Shown here one piece after another: positions 10,056-20,557 of a stretch of 64,000 nucleotides of DNA (the first letter of the stretch is position 1; each line of letters opens with the position of its first letter). Source of the DNA: Candidatus Latescibacterota bacterium (GTDB lineage Bacteria > Krumholzibacteriota > Krumholzibacteriia > WVZY01 > JAKEHA01); contig OY970173.1 of NCBI GenBank assembly GCA_963707635.1, positions 640,001-704,000 of the forward strand, read 5' to 3'. The translations under genes and the position numbers were made by a program. The notes under the pieces are model-generated. The model did no database searches, was not told the origin of the DNA, and worked only from the letters and a program-made list of their open reading frames with translations.

Positions 10056-10457
10056 ATGAAGAAAGTGGGCATCTGGATCGACCATCACAAGGCACTAATC
10101 ACCATCATAGACGCCGGCAGGGAATCCCAGCAGGTGATCGAATCGGACTTCGAACGCCACCCCGGCCCTCCCGGGAGCCGGCGCACCGGTCTGGCGTATG
10201 GACCCCAGGCCGCCAACCTGGACAGTCAGCGCGAAGAGAAGGAGAAACACCACGCCGCCAGCTTCTACAAGGAAGTGATCAAGGTGATCGGGAAGCCGGA
10301 CCAGTTGCTGGTGATGGGTCCGGCGGACGCGAAGCGCGAGTTCGCGCAGCTCGTCGAGAAGAGCCCGGAGCTGCGCGGCGCGAAGGTCAAGGTGGAGGCG
10401 GCGGACCGCATGACGGAATCGCAGGTGGCGACGAAGGTCAGGAGCACGGAGTTTTGA
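10056..10457 (+). CDS. host-attachment / eRF1-domain-2-like small protein
   Basis: AAGGAG RBS; VGIWIDH..A, LLVMGPxxAK and MTESQV motifs. Confidence 0.7.
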   Translation: MKKVGIWIDHHKALITIIDAGRESQQVIESDFERHPGPPGSRRTGLAYGPQAANLDSQREEKEKHHAASFYKEVIKVIGKPDQLLVMGPADAKREFAQLVEKSPELRGAKVKVEAADRMTESQVATKVRSTEF

Positions 10458-10463
10458 GCACCA

Positions 10464-10480
10464 TCGGCGACAGGACCCGC
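10464..10480 (-). repeat. half copy of the palindromic element family
   Basis: TCGGCGACAGGACCCGC is the exact reverse complement of 37741-37757. Confidence 0.6.
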
Positions 10481-10501
10481 GAGGTTTGTCGGAGGTTCTC
10501 G

Positions 10502-10978
10502 ATGCAGCAAGGATGGAGAGTCGCTGGAAGAGTGGTTCTGCTGGCCGCCGTCATCACGGTGGTCGCGCTGCCGTTGGCGCTGGCGGACGCCCCGACGATG
10601 CGGGTGAAGCGAGAGGCCGAATTGCGCGCCACCGAGACCGCCTTCGCGAAGACGATGGCGGATCGCGACCCGGCCGCGTTTGCGGGGTTCATCTCCGACG
10701 AAGCGGTGTTCTTCGGGCGCGCGGGCGAGATCCGCGGAAAGGCCGCGATCGTCGATGCCTGGGCGGGCCTGTTCGAAGGCGAAGAGCCCCCCTTCTCGTG
10801 GCGGCCGGAGGTCGCCGTCGTGCCGGAGTCGTCTCAAGAGCTGGGGTTCACCTCGGGGCCGGTATTCAGTCCGGACGGCAAGCAGACGGGAACGTTCAAT
10901 TCCGTGTGGCGGCGCGAGAGCGATGGAAAGTGGAGGATCGTGTTCGACAAGGGCTGCCCGCCGTGCGGATCGCCCTGA
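10502..10978 (+). CDS. NTF2-like / DUF4440 secreted protein
   Basis: Signal peptide; ETAFAKTMADRD and FNSVWRRExDGxWRIVFDKG. Confidence 0.85.
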   Translation: MQQGWRVAGRVVLLAAVITVVALPLALADAPTMRVKREAELRATETAFAKTMADRDPAAFAGFISDEAVFFGRAGEIRGKAAIVDAWAGLFEGEEPPFSWRPEVAVVPESSQELGFTSGPVFSPDGKQTGTFNSVWRRESDGKWRIVFDKGCPPCGSP

Positions 10979-10990
10979 CCGAAAATAGCT

Positions 10991-12046
10991 CTACGCGGAA
11001 GCGGTGCGCGCCCCGCGCCGCCGTCCCCGTTTGTCCGAGAGATAGCTCACGACCACCCCCGCGCCGATCATCATGTTGATGATCATCGTGAAGAATCGCC
11101 ACAGGAGAACGTAGATGGCCTGATAGCTCCGCGGGACGACGGGGCTCATGACCGCCATCGTCGACACTTCCGCGAGTCCGGCCGAACCCGGGGTCGGCGA
11201 GAAATAGAACACCAGCAGCGGAATGATCTGCAGAAGGAGCACCTTTCCCAGTTCCACCTCGACGCCCAGGCCGCGCAGCACCACCCACCCGATCAGGAAC
11301 TTGTTCAGGTAGATGAGACCGGTGATGAGCACACCTGCGGTGAAGATCAGCTTCCCGCGCAGCAGAAACGTCGTCATGAGGTCGTGGTAGCGATCCACGG
11401 TCGCGAACGCGCGCTCCACCATCTGATGGTGGTTGAGCGCCCGGCGCACGAGCGGGAGACGTGTCATCAGCCAGCGCACCGCCCGCTTGAACGCGCCCGG
11501 GTGGGTCAGGGTCAGCAGCACCGTGACGAGGATCAGCACATAGATCGCGAACGCGATCATCGAGAGTGTCTCCAGCCCGGGCGGCATGAGGTTCTGGTGG
11601 AACAGGAGCAGGCTCGCTCCCACGAGCAGGATGATCACCGTCGAGATAAACCCGCCGAGAAAACAAACCACGGTCGAATCCAGCACCGTCATGCCTTCCG
11701 CGTACAGCACATAGACCTGGGCGGCGGCTCCTCCGGTCTGGGATGGCGTCACACCCGCCAGGAAGACGTGCACGAGACAGCTGCGCACGCACGCGCCGAA
11801 CGTGATCGGTGGGTAAACCTTGCGGGCGAAGATGAAAATGCGCACTCCCGACAGCACGATGTCCGTGGAAGTGAGCGCGAGCGCGAGCCCGAGGAAGCGC
11901 GGGTCGAAGTCCAGCAGATGCCGCCACGTGTCGCCCAGCGATGAACGCCGGATCACGATGAAGAAGCCAACCAGGCTGAACGCCAGGAACAGCTTGATGC
12001 CGAGCCGGATCTTCTCGACGGGGATGGATGGAGTGCTGGGTGGCAT
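10991..12046 (-). CDS. lysylphosphatidylglycerol synthase TM / UPF0104 flippase-like membrane protein
   Basis: Multiple TM helices; TPSQTGG, PTPGSAGLAE and LLWRFFT motifs. Confidence 0.85.
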   Translation of the reverse strand: MPPSTPSIPVEKIRLGIKLFLAFSLVGFFIVIRRSSLGDTWRHLLDFDPRFLGLALALTSTDIVLSGVRIFIFARKVYPPITFGACVRSCLVHVFLAGVTPSQTGGAAAQVYVLYAEGMTVLDSTVVCFLGGFISTVIILLVGASLLLFHQNLMPPGLETLSMIAFAIYVLILVTVLLTLTHPGAFKRAVRWLMTRLPLVRRALNHHQMVERAFATVDRYHDLMTTFLLRGKLIFTAGVLITGLIYLNKFLIGWVVLRGLGVEVELGKVLLLQIIPLLVFYFSPTPGSAGLAEVSTMAVMSPVVPRSYQAIYVLLWRFFTMIINMMIGAGVVVSYLSDKRGRRRGARTASA

Positions 12047-12167
12047 GGGTGGGGCCTTCGACAGGCGAGAGTGTACACGAAAGCGACCCGCGGGCAAGTC
12101 GCCGCCGGTTCGTGGTATAGTACCGCGTCATCCGCGCTGGCGGCGCACGGCGAACAAGGAGATGCCC

Positions 12168-12560
12168 ATGAGCTCCGGGAAAACGACGTTCGGTCTTTCG
12201 TCCATCGGCCAGGTGGCACTCACGGTTCACGACATTCCCCGCGCCACGGCGTTCTACCGCGAGACGCTCGGGATCCCGTTCCTCTTCCAGGCCCCGGGGC
12301 TGGCGTTTTTCCAGGCCGGCGAGGTGCGCCTGATGCTGGGTTTGCCGGAGAACGACGCGCAGAAGTTCTCCTCGATCGTCTATTTCCGCGTGGACGACAT
12401 TGAGTCCGCCTACCAGGAGCTCAAGGCGCGCGGGGTGGAGTTCACCCACGAGCCGCGTCTGATCCACCGTGGCCAGAAGGCCGACCTCTGGCTGGCGGCG
12501 TTCTTCGACCCCGACCGCAATACCCTGGCCCTGATGAGCGAAGTGCCACGCCGCGACTAG
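12168..12560 (+). CDS. VOC/glyoxalase family protein
   Basis: IGQVALTVHD...FYRETLG, YFRVDDI and FFDPDRN motifs; AAGGAG RBS. Confidence 0.9.
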   Translation: MSSGKTTFGLSSIGQVALTVHDIPRATAFYRETLGIPFLFQAPGLAFFQAGEVRLMLGLPENDAQKFSSIVYFRVDDIESAYQELKARGVEFTHEPRLIHRGQKADLWLAAFFDPDRNTLALMSEVPRRD

Positions 12561-12637
12561 ACCGGCTTGACGCGGCGCGTGTGCGCGGGTAGATTCTCGC
12601 TTCCCGAACCATAGTCAGAATTCACTCATAGGAGGGC

Positions 12638-12804
12638 ATGCGTGAACCCACTGGCTCGAAGGCATCCAAGGACGCCGTGGAACGCGGCCGCCCAAGGTCA
12701 ACGATGAGGACCTCAAGGCGATCTTCGCCTATCTAAAGAGTCTGCCTCCGATCAAGAACGTGGTGCCCCAGCCGGTGGCGCCCGGCGATATCGGCAAGAT
12801 GTAG
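12638..12804 (+). pseudogene. internally deleted c-type cytochrome relic
   Basis: GGAGG + ATG; AVERGR joined out of frame to DEDLKAIFAYLKSLPPIKNVVPQP-stop; no CxxCH. Confidence 0.65.
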
Positions 12805-12815
12805 CAGCTTGATTC

Positions 12816-12848
12816 CCGGCCCTCCCCGAACCGCGTGGGGAGGGCCGG
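12816..12848 (+). terminator. hairpin after the cytochrome relic
   Basis: CCGGCCCTCCCC-N9-GGGGAGGGCCGG; no U-tract on the + strand. Confidence 0.5.
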
Positions 12849-12977
12849 AAACCGGTCGTGGCGGCGCCCGCTTCGATCTGCTATAGTCTCTTCCCAAGAT
12901 ATTGTCTCCGCGAGAGTTGATGCGTTGATCGGCGGTGTGGTGCCAACCATGCCGCCGTCGCTCTATTGAGAGTTCCA

Positions 12978-14414
12978 ATGGCCATCCAGGTCTACATCGA
13001 AACCTACGGCTGCCAGATGAACGAGTACGACTCGGAGCTGGTGAAGTCGATCCTGGTCAACCGCGGGTTCGCGCTGACCGATCGCTTCGGCCGCCCGGAC
13101 GTGGTGCTCATCAATACGTGCGCGATCCGCGAAAAGGCGCACCAGAAGATCTATGGACGCCTCCAGCAGCTCAAGCGCGAGCGCGCGTTGCGCTCGAGCC
13201 GGTTGACGGTCGGCATTCTGGGCTGCATGGCGCAGAACCTGAAACAGGACCTGGTCGACGGCCACGACGAGGTCGACTTCGTCGCGGGTCCCGATTCCTA
13301 CCGGCACCTGCCGGAGTTGATCGACGCGGCGCGAGGCGAAAGCGGGCCGAGCGCCGCGCTGGGCGCCGCGGCGCTCAAGCTGTCGACCACCGAGACCTAT
13401 ACCGGGGTCGACCCCATCCGCAGCGGAGGCGTCAACGCCTGGATCGCGGTCATGCGCGGGTGCGACAACATGTGCACCTTCTGCGTGGTCCCGTTCACGC
13501 GCGGGCGCGAGCGCAGCCGGGACGCCGCCGGCGTGGTGGCCGAAGTCCAAGCGCTGGTCCGCGACGGCTACCGGCAGGTGACGCTCCTCGGGCAGAACGT
13601 GAACTCGTACCGCCACGGGGATGTCCGCTTTGCGGACCTGATGCGGATGGTGGGCGACGTGCCCGGGGTCGAGCGCGTGCGCTTCACCTCTCCGCACCCG
13701 AAGGATTTTCCTCCGGACCTGATCCGCGCCATCGCCGAGCACCCGAAGCTCTGCAAGCACATCCACCTACCCTTGCAGGCCGGCAACGACCGCGTGCTCG
13801 ACCTCATGCGCCGGACCTACACCCAGTCCGAATTCCGCGCCCTGGCCGCCGAGATGCGGGAGCAGGTGCCCGGTGTCTCCATTACAACCGACGTGATCGT
13901 TGGCTTCCCCACCGAGACGGCGGAGGAGTTCGAGGACACGCGGCGCCTGATGGAGGACGTCCGCTTCGACGCGGCCTTCATCTTCAAGTACTCCGAGCGC
14001 AAGGGAACCTACGCGCAGCGCAAGCTCCCCGACGACGTCCCCGCCGCCGAAAAGACGCGTCGCATCGTCGAGCTGGTGGGCCTGCAGAAGCGCATCACGG
14101 GAGAGATCAACCACGCGGTGGTCGGGAGCACGGCCGACATTCTGGTCGAGGAAATCGTGGAGAAGCAGCCCGGTTTCGTCTCGGGGCGCACGGACAACTT
14201 CAAGCACACGATCTTGGCGGGAACCGAGCTCGATATTGGAAACGTGGTCCGCGTACGCGTAGAGGGTTCCCGAGGGGCTACATTGTATGCCCATCCCGTA
14301 GAAGCGCCGGTGGTCGCTCGACGCGATTCGGCTGGCGCGCCCGCGGCAGCCCTCCGCTCATGCACTTCGCGCGCAAATGTTGGCAGCGCGCCTCGTGAAA
14401 TCGCGTCGGGCTAA
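12978..14414 (+). CDS. miaB: tRNA-2-methylthio-N6-dimethylallyladenosine synthase
   Basis: TYGCQMNEYDSE, NTCAIRE, GCMAQ and CDNMCTFC radical-SAM motifs; TRAM domain. Confidence 0.95.
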   Translation: MAIQVYIETYGCQMNEYDSELVKSILVNRGFALTDRFGRPDVVLINTCAIREKAHQKIYGRLQQLKRERALRSSRLTVGILGCMAQNLKQDLVDGHDEVDFVAGPDSYRHLPELIDAARGESGPSAALGAAALKLSTTETYTGVDPIRSGGVNAWIAVMRGCDNMCTFCVVPFTRGRERSRDAAGVVAEVQALVRDGYRQVTLLGQNVNSYRHGDVRFADLMRMVGDVPGVERVRFTSPHPKDFPPDLIRAIAEHPKLCKHIHLPLQAGNDRVLDLMRRTYTQSEFRALAAEMREQVPGVSITTDVIVGFPTETAEEFEDTRRLMEDVRFDAAFIFKYSERKGTYAQRKLPDDVPAAEKTRRIVELVGLQKRITGEINHAVVGSTADILVEEIVEKQPGFVSGRTDNFKHTILAGTELDIGNVVRVRVEGSRGATLYAHPVEAPVVARRDSAGAPAAALRSCTSRANVGSAPREIASG

Positions 14415-14472
14415 CCGCGGTCGCGCCCGAGCATCCAAGACCTGCATATCAACCAAAAGGACAGCCCCTGAC

Positions 14473-15759
14473 ATGGCGAATACTCCTCGACCGCGAACGC
14501 ACGGCCACGCCCGGCGCAGCACGACCCCCGCACGACGAGAGGCGCGGCCCGTCGGCGCGGCCAAGACCGGCAAGCCCACCCTCGCGCGCCCCGGCGAGCA
14601 GATGTGGGCACTGGTCTACGACGCCGAACAGGACCGCTGGGACAAGACGCGCGGCTTCCGCAAGGAGCGCGTGGCGAAGCCCCGGCTCGACCCCGCCGAC
14701 CCGCTGGACGCCAGCGCGGTCATCCTCAAGGTGAGATTTACGGGCTTCTGCGGTTCGGACGCGGGCATCTGGTTCCGCTCCTCGTTCAAGTCCATGATCC
14801 ACGAGTCGCTCAAGGCCGAAGGAAAAACCACGCGTGTCATCGGGCACGAGGTGTTCGGCGAAGTCGCGGAGGTGGGCCCGGTCGCGGCGGCCCACTACGG
14901 GCTCAAGAAGGGAGAGCTGGTGGCGGCGGAGTCGCACATCGTGTGCGGACGTTGCCACCAGTGCCTGATCGGCCAGCGCCACGTGTGCACCGACGAGCGC
15001 ATCATCGGCATTTCGCGCGATGGCGGTTTCGCCGAATACATCAAGCTTCCTGCTTCCGTACTGTGGCGCACCGACGTCAACAAGATCCGCCCCGAGGTGG
15101 CCGTGGTCCAGGAGCCGTTCGGCAACGCCGTGCACGCCTCCACCGCGGTAGACCTGCGCGGCAAGTCGGTGGCGGTCTTCGGCTGCGGCGCCATCGGGCA
15201 GTTCACCATCATGATCGCCAAGGCACTCGGGGCCTCGCGCCTGATCGGCATCGAGCCCAACCCGATCAACGCCGAACTCGCGCGCAAGCTCGGCGCCGAC
15301 GACGTGATCTCGTTCGAGATCCACGGCGAGGAGCGCAACGGATGGAAGTCGTACCCCGAGGTCGTCGAACAGGTCGTGAAGTTCAGCGGCATCGACGGCG
15401 TCGACGTGGCGATGGAGATGGCCGGCCACAACTCGTCGGTCAACAACGCGATCCAATCCGTGCGCCGGGGTGGCGACGTGGTGCTGTTCGGGTTGAAGTC
15501 CGGTGATTTTCGCATCCAGGACTTCCAGCGCATGATCATCAAGGGCGTCAATATCCACAGCGTGATCGGCCGGCGGTTGTTCGAGACGTGGGAGCTCACC
15601 AAGAACCTGCTCGAATCGCGCGAGAACGGCATCCAGGACAAGATCTGGAACGTGATGCTCAACCGCGGGAAAGATACGATCGTCGAGGCGAAGGACTTCG
15701 ACCCGGCGACATTCGAGAAGAAGATCGGGAAGCACCCGAAGCTGATTATCAGGTGGTAG
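14473..15759 (+). CDS. tdh: Zn-dependent dehydrogenase, probable L-threonine 3-dehydrogenase
   Basis: CGSD, GHE, ESHIVCGRCHQC..C, QEPFGNAVH and GCGAIG motifs; kbl lies 3 kb downstream; start uncertain. Confidence 0.72.
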   Translation: MANTPRPRTHGHARRSTTPARREARPVGAAKTGKPTLARPGEQMWALVYDAEQDRWDKTRGFRKERVAKPRLDPADPLDASAVILKVRFTGFCGSDAGIWFRSSFKSMIHESLKAEGKTTRVIGHEVFGEVAEVGPVAAAHYGLKKGELVAAESHIVCGRCHQCLIGQRHVCTDERIIGISRDGGFAEYIKLPASVLWRTDVNKIRPEVAVVQEPFGNAVHASTAVDLRGKSVAVFGCGAIGQFTIMIAKALGASRLIGIEPNPINAELARKLGADDVISFEIHGEERNGWKSYPEVVEQVVKFSGIDGVDVAMEMAGHNSSVNNAIQSVRRGGDVVLFGLKSGDFRIQDFQRMIIKGVNIHSVIGRRLFETWELTKNLLESRENGIQDKIWNVMLNRGKDTIVEAKDFDPATFEKKIGKHPKLIIRW

Positions 15760-15763
15760 ATCC

Positions 15764-16216
15764 GTGTCGGTTCCTCAGATCGTCGCAGGCAGGTGGGCCC
15801 GGGTGCTCGAGCGCGTCGAGCACGCAGTGGTCATTCTGCTAATCGTCCTGCTGGCGATCGTCATCTGCGTGGCGCTCGTCGATCTGTATGTGCTCTTCGC
15901 GATGCGGATCGGCGATCGGCTGACGGAGGTGCGGACCACGGCGGCTTTCCAGGAAGCGCTGCAGAATGCCTTCGGCGGCGTGCTGATGGTGCTGCTCGGG
16001 CTCGAGCTGCTCGAAACGGTGAAGGTCTACTTCCAAGAGCACCGCATCCGCGTCGAGATCATCATGTTCGTGGCCATCATCGCGACCGGCCGGCACATCA
16101 TTCAAATCGACACTCACGACGCGAACCCGATGATGATATTCGGGCTGGCCACGTTGATGCTGGCGCTCTCGGCCAGTTACTTCCTCCTCAAACGGGGGAC
16201 GGCGGCGCGGCAGTAG
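15764..16216 (+). CDS. phosphate-starvation-inducible PsiE family membrane protein
   Basis: LLGLELLETVKVY and VAIIATGRHII motifs; 4 TM helices. Confidence 0.85.
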   Translation: MSVPQIVAGRWARVLERVEHAVVILLIVLLAIVICVALVDLYVLFAMRIGDRLTEVRTTAAFQEALQNAFGGVLMVLLGLELLETVKVYFQEHRIRVEIIMFVAIIATGRHIIQIDTHDANPMMIFGLATLMLALSASYFLLKRGTAARQ

Positions 16217-16285
16217 TCGATCTCGGGCGCCAACGCGCCCCTATCACGCTTGTCGTGATTCGCAAGCAATGCGACAATCCGCTCC

Positions 16286-18953
16286 ATGTCTCTGACCCCC
16301 GGCAGCCGACTGGGCCCGTATGAAATCCTCGCTCCCCTGGGCGCCGGGGGGATGGGAGAGGTCTACAAGGCGCGCGACACGCGCCTCCAGCGCGACGTCG
16401 CCATCAAAGCCATCCCCGCCGAATTCGCGCGCGACCCCGATCGCCTCGCGCGCTTCGAGCGCGAGGCAAAGCTCCTCGCGGCGCTGAGCCACCCGAACAT
16501 CGCAGGCATCTTCGGCCTCGAAGAGGTCGAAGGCCATCGCTACCTCGTGCTCGAGTTCGTCGAGGGCGAGACGCTCGCGCACCGGCTCGACAGCGGCCCG
16601 CTCTCCATCGGCGATGCCCTGCAGAGTCGGCCGGCAGATCGCCGCCGCCCTCGAAAGCGCGCACGAGAGCGGCATCGCGCATCGCGACCTCAAGCCCGGC
16701 AACGTGATGATCACGCCGACGGGCGATGCCAAGGTGCTCGACTTCGGGCTCGCCAAGGGCGGCATGGGCTCGGCATCCGCGTCGGACGTCAGCCTGTCGC
16801 ACTCGCCGACGCTGACCCACCAGGCCACCGGCGTCGGCGTCGTCCTGGGGACGGCGGCGTACATGAGCCCCGAGCAGGCGCGCGGCCGCGCGGTGGACAA
16901 GCGGACCGACATCTGGGCGTTCGGGTGCGTGCTGTACGAGTGCCTCACCGGGCGCCAGGCCTTCGCGGGCGAAACGGTCTCCGACCTGATCGCGCGCATC
17001 CTCGAGCGCGAGCCCGACTGGGACGCGCTGCCCGCGCGCACGCCCGAACGAATCCGCGACCTGCTGCGCCGCTGCCTCGAAAAGGACGTGACGGCGCCGG
17101 TTGCGCGACATCGGCGACGCGCGCATCGAGATCGAGGACGTCATCGCGACCCGGTCGTCGAGTCCGCAGGCGACGGCGCCCGTGCGCCTGCCGCGCGTCG
17201 CCCCGCGCCGATTGCTCGGGGCGACCGCGCTGGTCTTCATCGGCGCAACCGCCACGCGCTTCGCGGCGCCTCTGTTCGACCACACGCCGGCGCCGCCTCC
17301 GGTTCGATTCGAGATTCCCGAGGCGCCCGGGACGCACATCGAGGTTGACGGTGTCCATCCGGCGATTTCACCGGACGGCCGCACGCTGGCCTATCGGGCC
17401 TCGGATTCCACCGGGACGTTCCGCCTCTGGGTTCGTCCGCTCGAGTCGCTGACGGCGCGCGAACTCCCGGGAACCGAAGGCGCTCAAATGATCTTCTGGT
17501 CGCCGGACAGCAGATTCATCGGTTACTTTTCGGGACAGCAGAAGATGATGAAGGTGGCCGCAAGTGGAGGAGCCCCGGAAACCATCTGCGATGTAAAGGG
17601 ACCGCGCGGCGCGACCTGGAATCGCGACGGTGTCATTCTCTTCGCTCCAATGTCGGAGGGGCCCATTTACCGCATCTCCGCGAACGGCGGCGCCGGCGTG
17701 CCGGTGACCAGCCTCGATTCGACGGAGACCGCGCATCGCTACCCGGTGTTTCTTCCCGACGGAAAACATTTTCTCTACACGAGTCTCCCTGCGCACGACG
17801 GTATGTACACGATCTATTTCGCGTCGCTCGAGGGAAAAGAACCCAACGCGGTAGTGGACGCGGGCAGCGGCGCCGTGTACGCAGAGCCCGGTTACTTGCT
17901 CTACCAGCGGGAGGACGTCCTGGTCGCGCACACGTTCGACGCGAAGCGCGGGCGCGTCGTGGGCGAGCCGGCTTCTCTCGGCGATCATCCTTTCGGCACC
18001 GGCTTCTCCGGCGGAGCGCCGATGAGCGTTTCCGCGAACGGCACGTTGGCGTACCTGATCAGCCCTCCTTTCGCCACACACCTGATCTGGTCCGATTTGA
18101 GCGGAAAACGGATGCAGCCGGTTCCGATGGTTCCGGGCAACTACCTTAGCGTTGCACTTTCTCCCGACAGCCGCCACGCGGTGTTGCAGTCCGGTTTACG
18201 AATGGGAGTGACCGAGCTGTGGATTGCCGACCTGGAACGCGGCGTGGTGACGCGCCTCACCTACGATACGACGGAGAACGACGGCGCCCAATGGTCTCCC
18301 GACGGAACACGTATCGCGTACACCGCGGCGCAATCGGGGGCGCGCAGAAGATCGTGGTGTCCACCGTGGGAGCCGGGTCATCCAACGACGTGTTCCTGGA
18401 AGACGACCCGGCCTTCAAGAGACTGTGCGACTGGACACCCGACGGGCGCGCCGTGGTCATCTCGCGCCAGGAAGCCGCCACCCGTTGGGATCTCTGGATT
18501 CTCCCCCTCGATGACGATCGCAAGCCGCGGCCGTACCTGGTGACGAAGTACTTGGAAGACAACGCGAAGGTGTCGCCCGACGGGCACTGGCTGTCGTACG
18601 AATCGGACGAGTCGGGGCACAACGAGGTGTACGTGCAGTCCTTTCCGGAAGCGGGGGCGAAATACCAGGTGACGACGGGAGGAGGATTCAACATCGGCTG
18701 GTCGAGCAACGGCCGGGCGCTCTACTATGGAAACCCGGCCGCGCCGGACCGCATCCTCGCCGCCGACGTGCTGCCCGGGCCGCAGTTCCGCCTCGGCCCG
18801 CCTCGAGTCGCCGGCCGCGTGCCCGAGAAGGCATTCGACGCCGATATGACGCGCGACGATAGCAAGCTGCTGGTGCTCATGCCGAACGAACCGGTCCCGG
18901 CGCTCACCATCACGATCGTGGAGAATTGGCCGTCGCTGCTCGTCAAGAAATAG
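16286..18953 (+). pseudogene. Ser/Thr protein kinase + PD40/TolB-like propeller; 3 frameshifts (~16625, ~17092, ~18340), possibly sequencing errors
   Basis: GAGGMGEVY, VAIK, HRDLKPGN, DFG and YMSPEQ split across frames, followed by SPDG repeats. Confidence 0.85.
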
Positions 18954-18989
18954 AAGCAGCAAGCACCTGAACGCCCATAGGAGATCGTC

Positions 18990-20177
18990 GTGTACACCCA
19001 ACTCAAGTCGATTCTCGATGCCGAGCTTGCCAACATCCGCGAAGGCGGCCTCTACAAGGACGAGCGCGAGCTTCAGTCCGCGCAGTCCGCGGCCGTCAAG
19101 GTCGGCGGCCGCGAGGTCATCAATTTTTGCGCGAATAACTACCTGGGCCTCTCGTCGCACCCGGCAGTAATCGCCGCGGCGCACAGGGCGCTCGACACCT
19201 GGGGCTACGGCCTCTCGTCGGTTCGCTTCATCTGCGGGACGCAGGAGATCCACAAGCAGCTCGAGCGCGGGATCGCGGAGTTTCTCCACACCGACGACGC
19301 CATCCTGTACTCCTCGTGCTTCGACGCCAACGGCGGCTTGTTCGAGACGCTTCTCGGCGCCGAGGATTGCATCATCTCCGATGAGCTCAACCACGCCTCC
19401 ATCATCGACGGCGTACGGTTGTGCAAGGCCGAGCGCATGCGCTACCGCAATAGCGACATGGGGCACCTGGAAGAATGCCTCAAGGAAGCGCAGAAGTTCC
19501 GCCTGCGCATGGTCGCGACCGACGGCGTCTTCAGCATGGACGGCTTCATCGCGAAGCTCGCGGACATCTGCGACCTGGCGGAGAAGTACGACGCGCTGGT
19601 GATGGTGGACGACTCGCACGCGACCGGCTTCATCGGCAAGACCGGGCGCGGGACTCCCGAGTTCAATAATGTGATTGGGAAAATCGACGTGATGACGTCG
19701 ACGCTCGGGAAGGCGATGGGCGGAGCGTCGGGCGGATTCACCACCGGACGCAAGGAGATCGTCGAGATGCTCCGCCAGCGCTCGCGGCCGTACCTGTTTT
19801 CCAATTCGCTGGCGCCGCCGATCGTCGCGGCATCGCTCGCCGTTCTGGCACTGCTCGAAAAAAGCACCGAGCTGCGCGATCGCCTCGAAGAGAACACGCG
19901 CTACTTCCGCACCGGCATGACCGCTGCGGGCTTCGACATCGTGCCGGGGTCGCATCCCATCACGCCCATCATGTTCGGCGAAGCAAAGCTTGCCAATGAC
20001 GTGGCGAAGGACATGCTGGCCGAAGGCATCTACGTGATCGGTTTCAGCTACCCCGTCGTGCCGAAGGGCAAGGCGCGCATCCGCGTGCAGATTTCGGCGG
20101 CCCACACCAAACCCCACCTCGACCGCGCGCTGGAGGCGTTCCGCAAGGTCGGGAAGAAGCACGGGCTGGTGGGGTAA
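18990..20177 (+). CDS. kbl: glycine C-acetyltransferase (2-amino-3-ketobutyrate CoA ligase)
   Basis: [31 protein letters not shown] and [10 protein letters not shown] motifs. Confidence 0.95.
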   Translation: MYTQLKSILDAELANIREGGLYKDERELQSAQSAAVKVGGREVINFCANNYLGLSSHPAVIAAAHRALDTWGYGLSSVRFICGTQEIHKQLERGIAEFLHTDDAILYSSCFDANGGLFETLLGAEDCIISDELNHASIIDGVRLCKAERMRYRNSDMGHLEECLKEAQKFRLRMVATDGVFSMDGFIAKLADICDLAEKYDALVMVDDSHATGFIGKTGRGTPEFNNVIGKIDVMTSTLGKAMGGASGGFTTGRKEIVEMLRQRSRPYLFSNSLAPPIVAASLAVLALLEKSTELRDRLEENTRYFRTGMTAAGFDIVPGSHPITPIMFGEAKLANDVAKDMLAEGIYVIGFSYPVVPKGKARIRVQISAAHTKPHLDRALEAFRKVGKKHGLVG

Positions 20178-20557
20178 GAATAAAGAGACAATTAAGTCCT
20201 GATCTGCTAGCATCCTTCTGGACCCCGCTGCAATCAGTAGTGCGCTTCAGCGCATTTGCTGATCTCACTCCTGCGGCCGCAATGCCGCGTGATCCCGCCC
20301 GGGCGTGGACGCTATGATCATCAGGAGCCCGGCCGCTCGACTCGGCACTGGAGGATTCATCGACGCGTCATCGCTGCTCTCGCCGTTCTGCTCCGTGCGC
20401 GCAACGACGGTGATTGTCTCTGCAGGGGGATCACGTAAGGAAGCCGACCATGGCCAATCGATGGTCGCTGATTAGGTAGGAGGGCATTCCGTCGATCGCA
20501 GATACGTCTGCGTCCTTGTCCATGAACCAAGGTGGATACTAACCCGGAGGCATTCCT

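Noticed and set aside
16286..18953. Programmed frameshifting or phase variation in the kinases
   Set aside because: Several shifts per gene, with no consistent slippery heptamer or long homopolymer tract
20178..20557. Riboswitch or ncRNA in the 380-bp lower-GC spacer
   Set aside because: No recognisable conserved motif, only weak hairpins; an Rfam search would be needed
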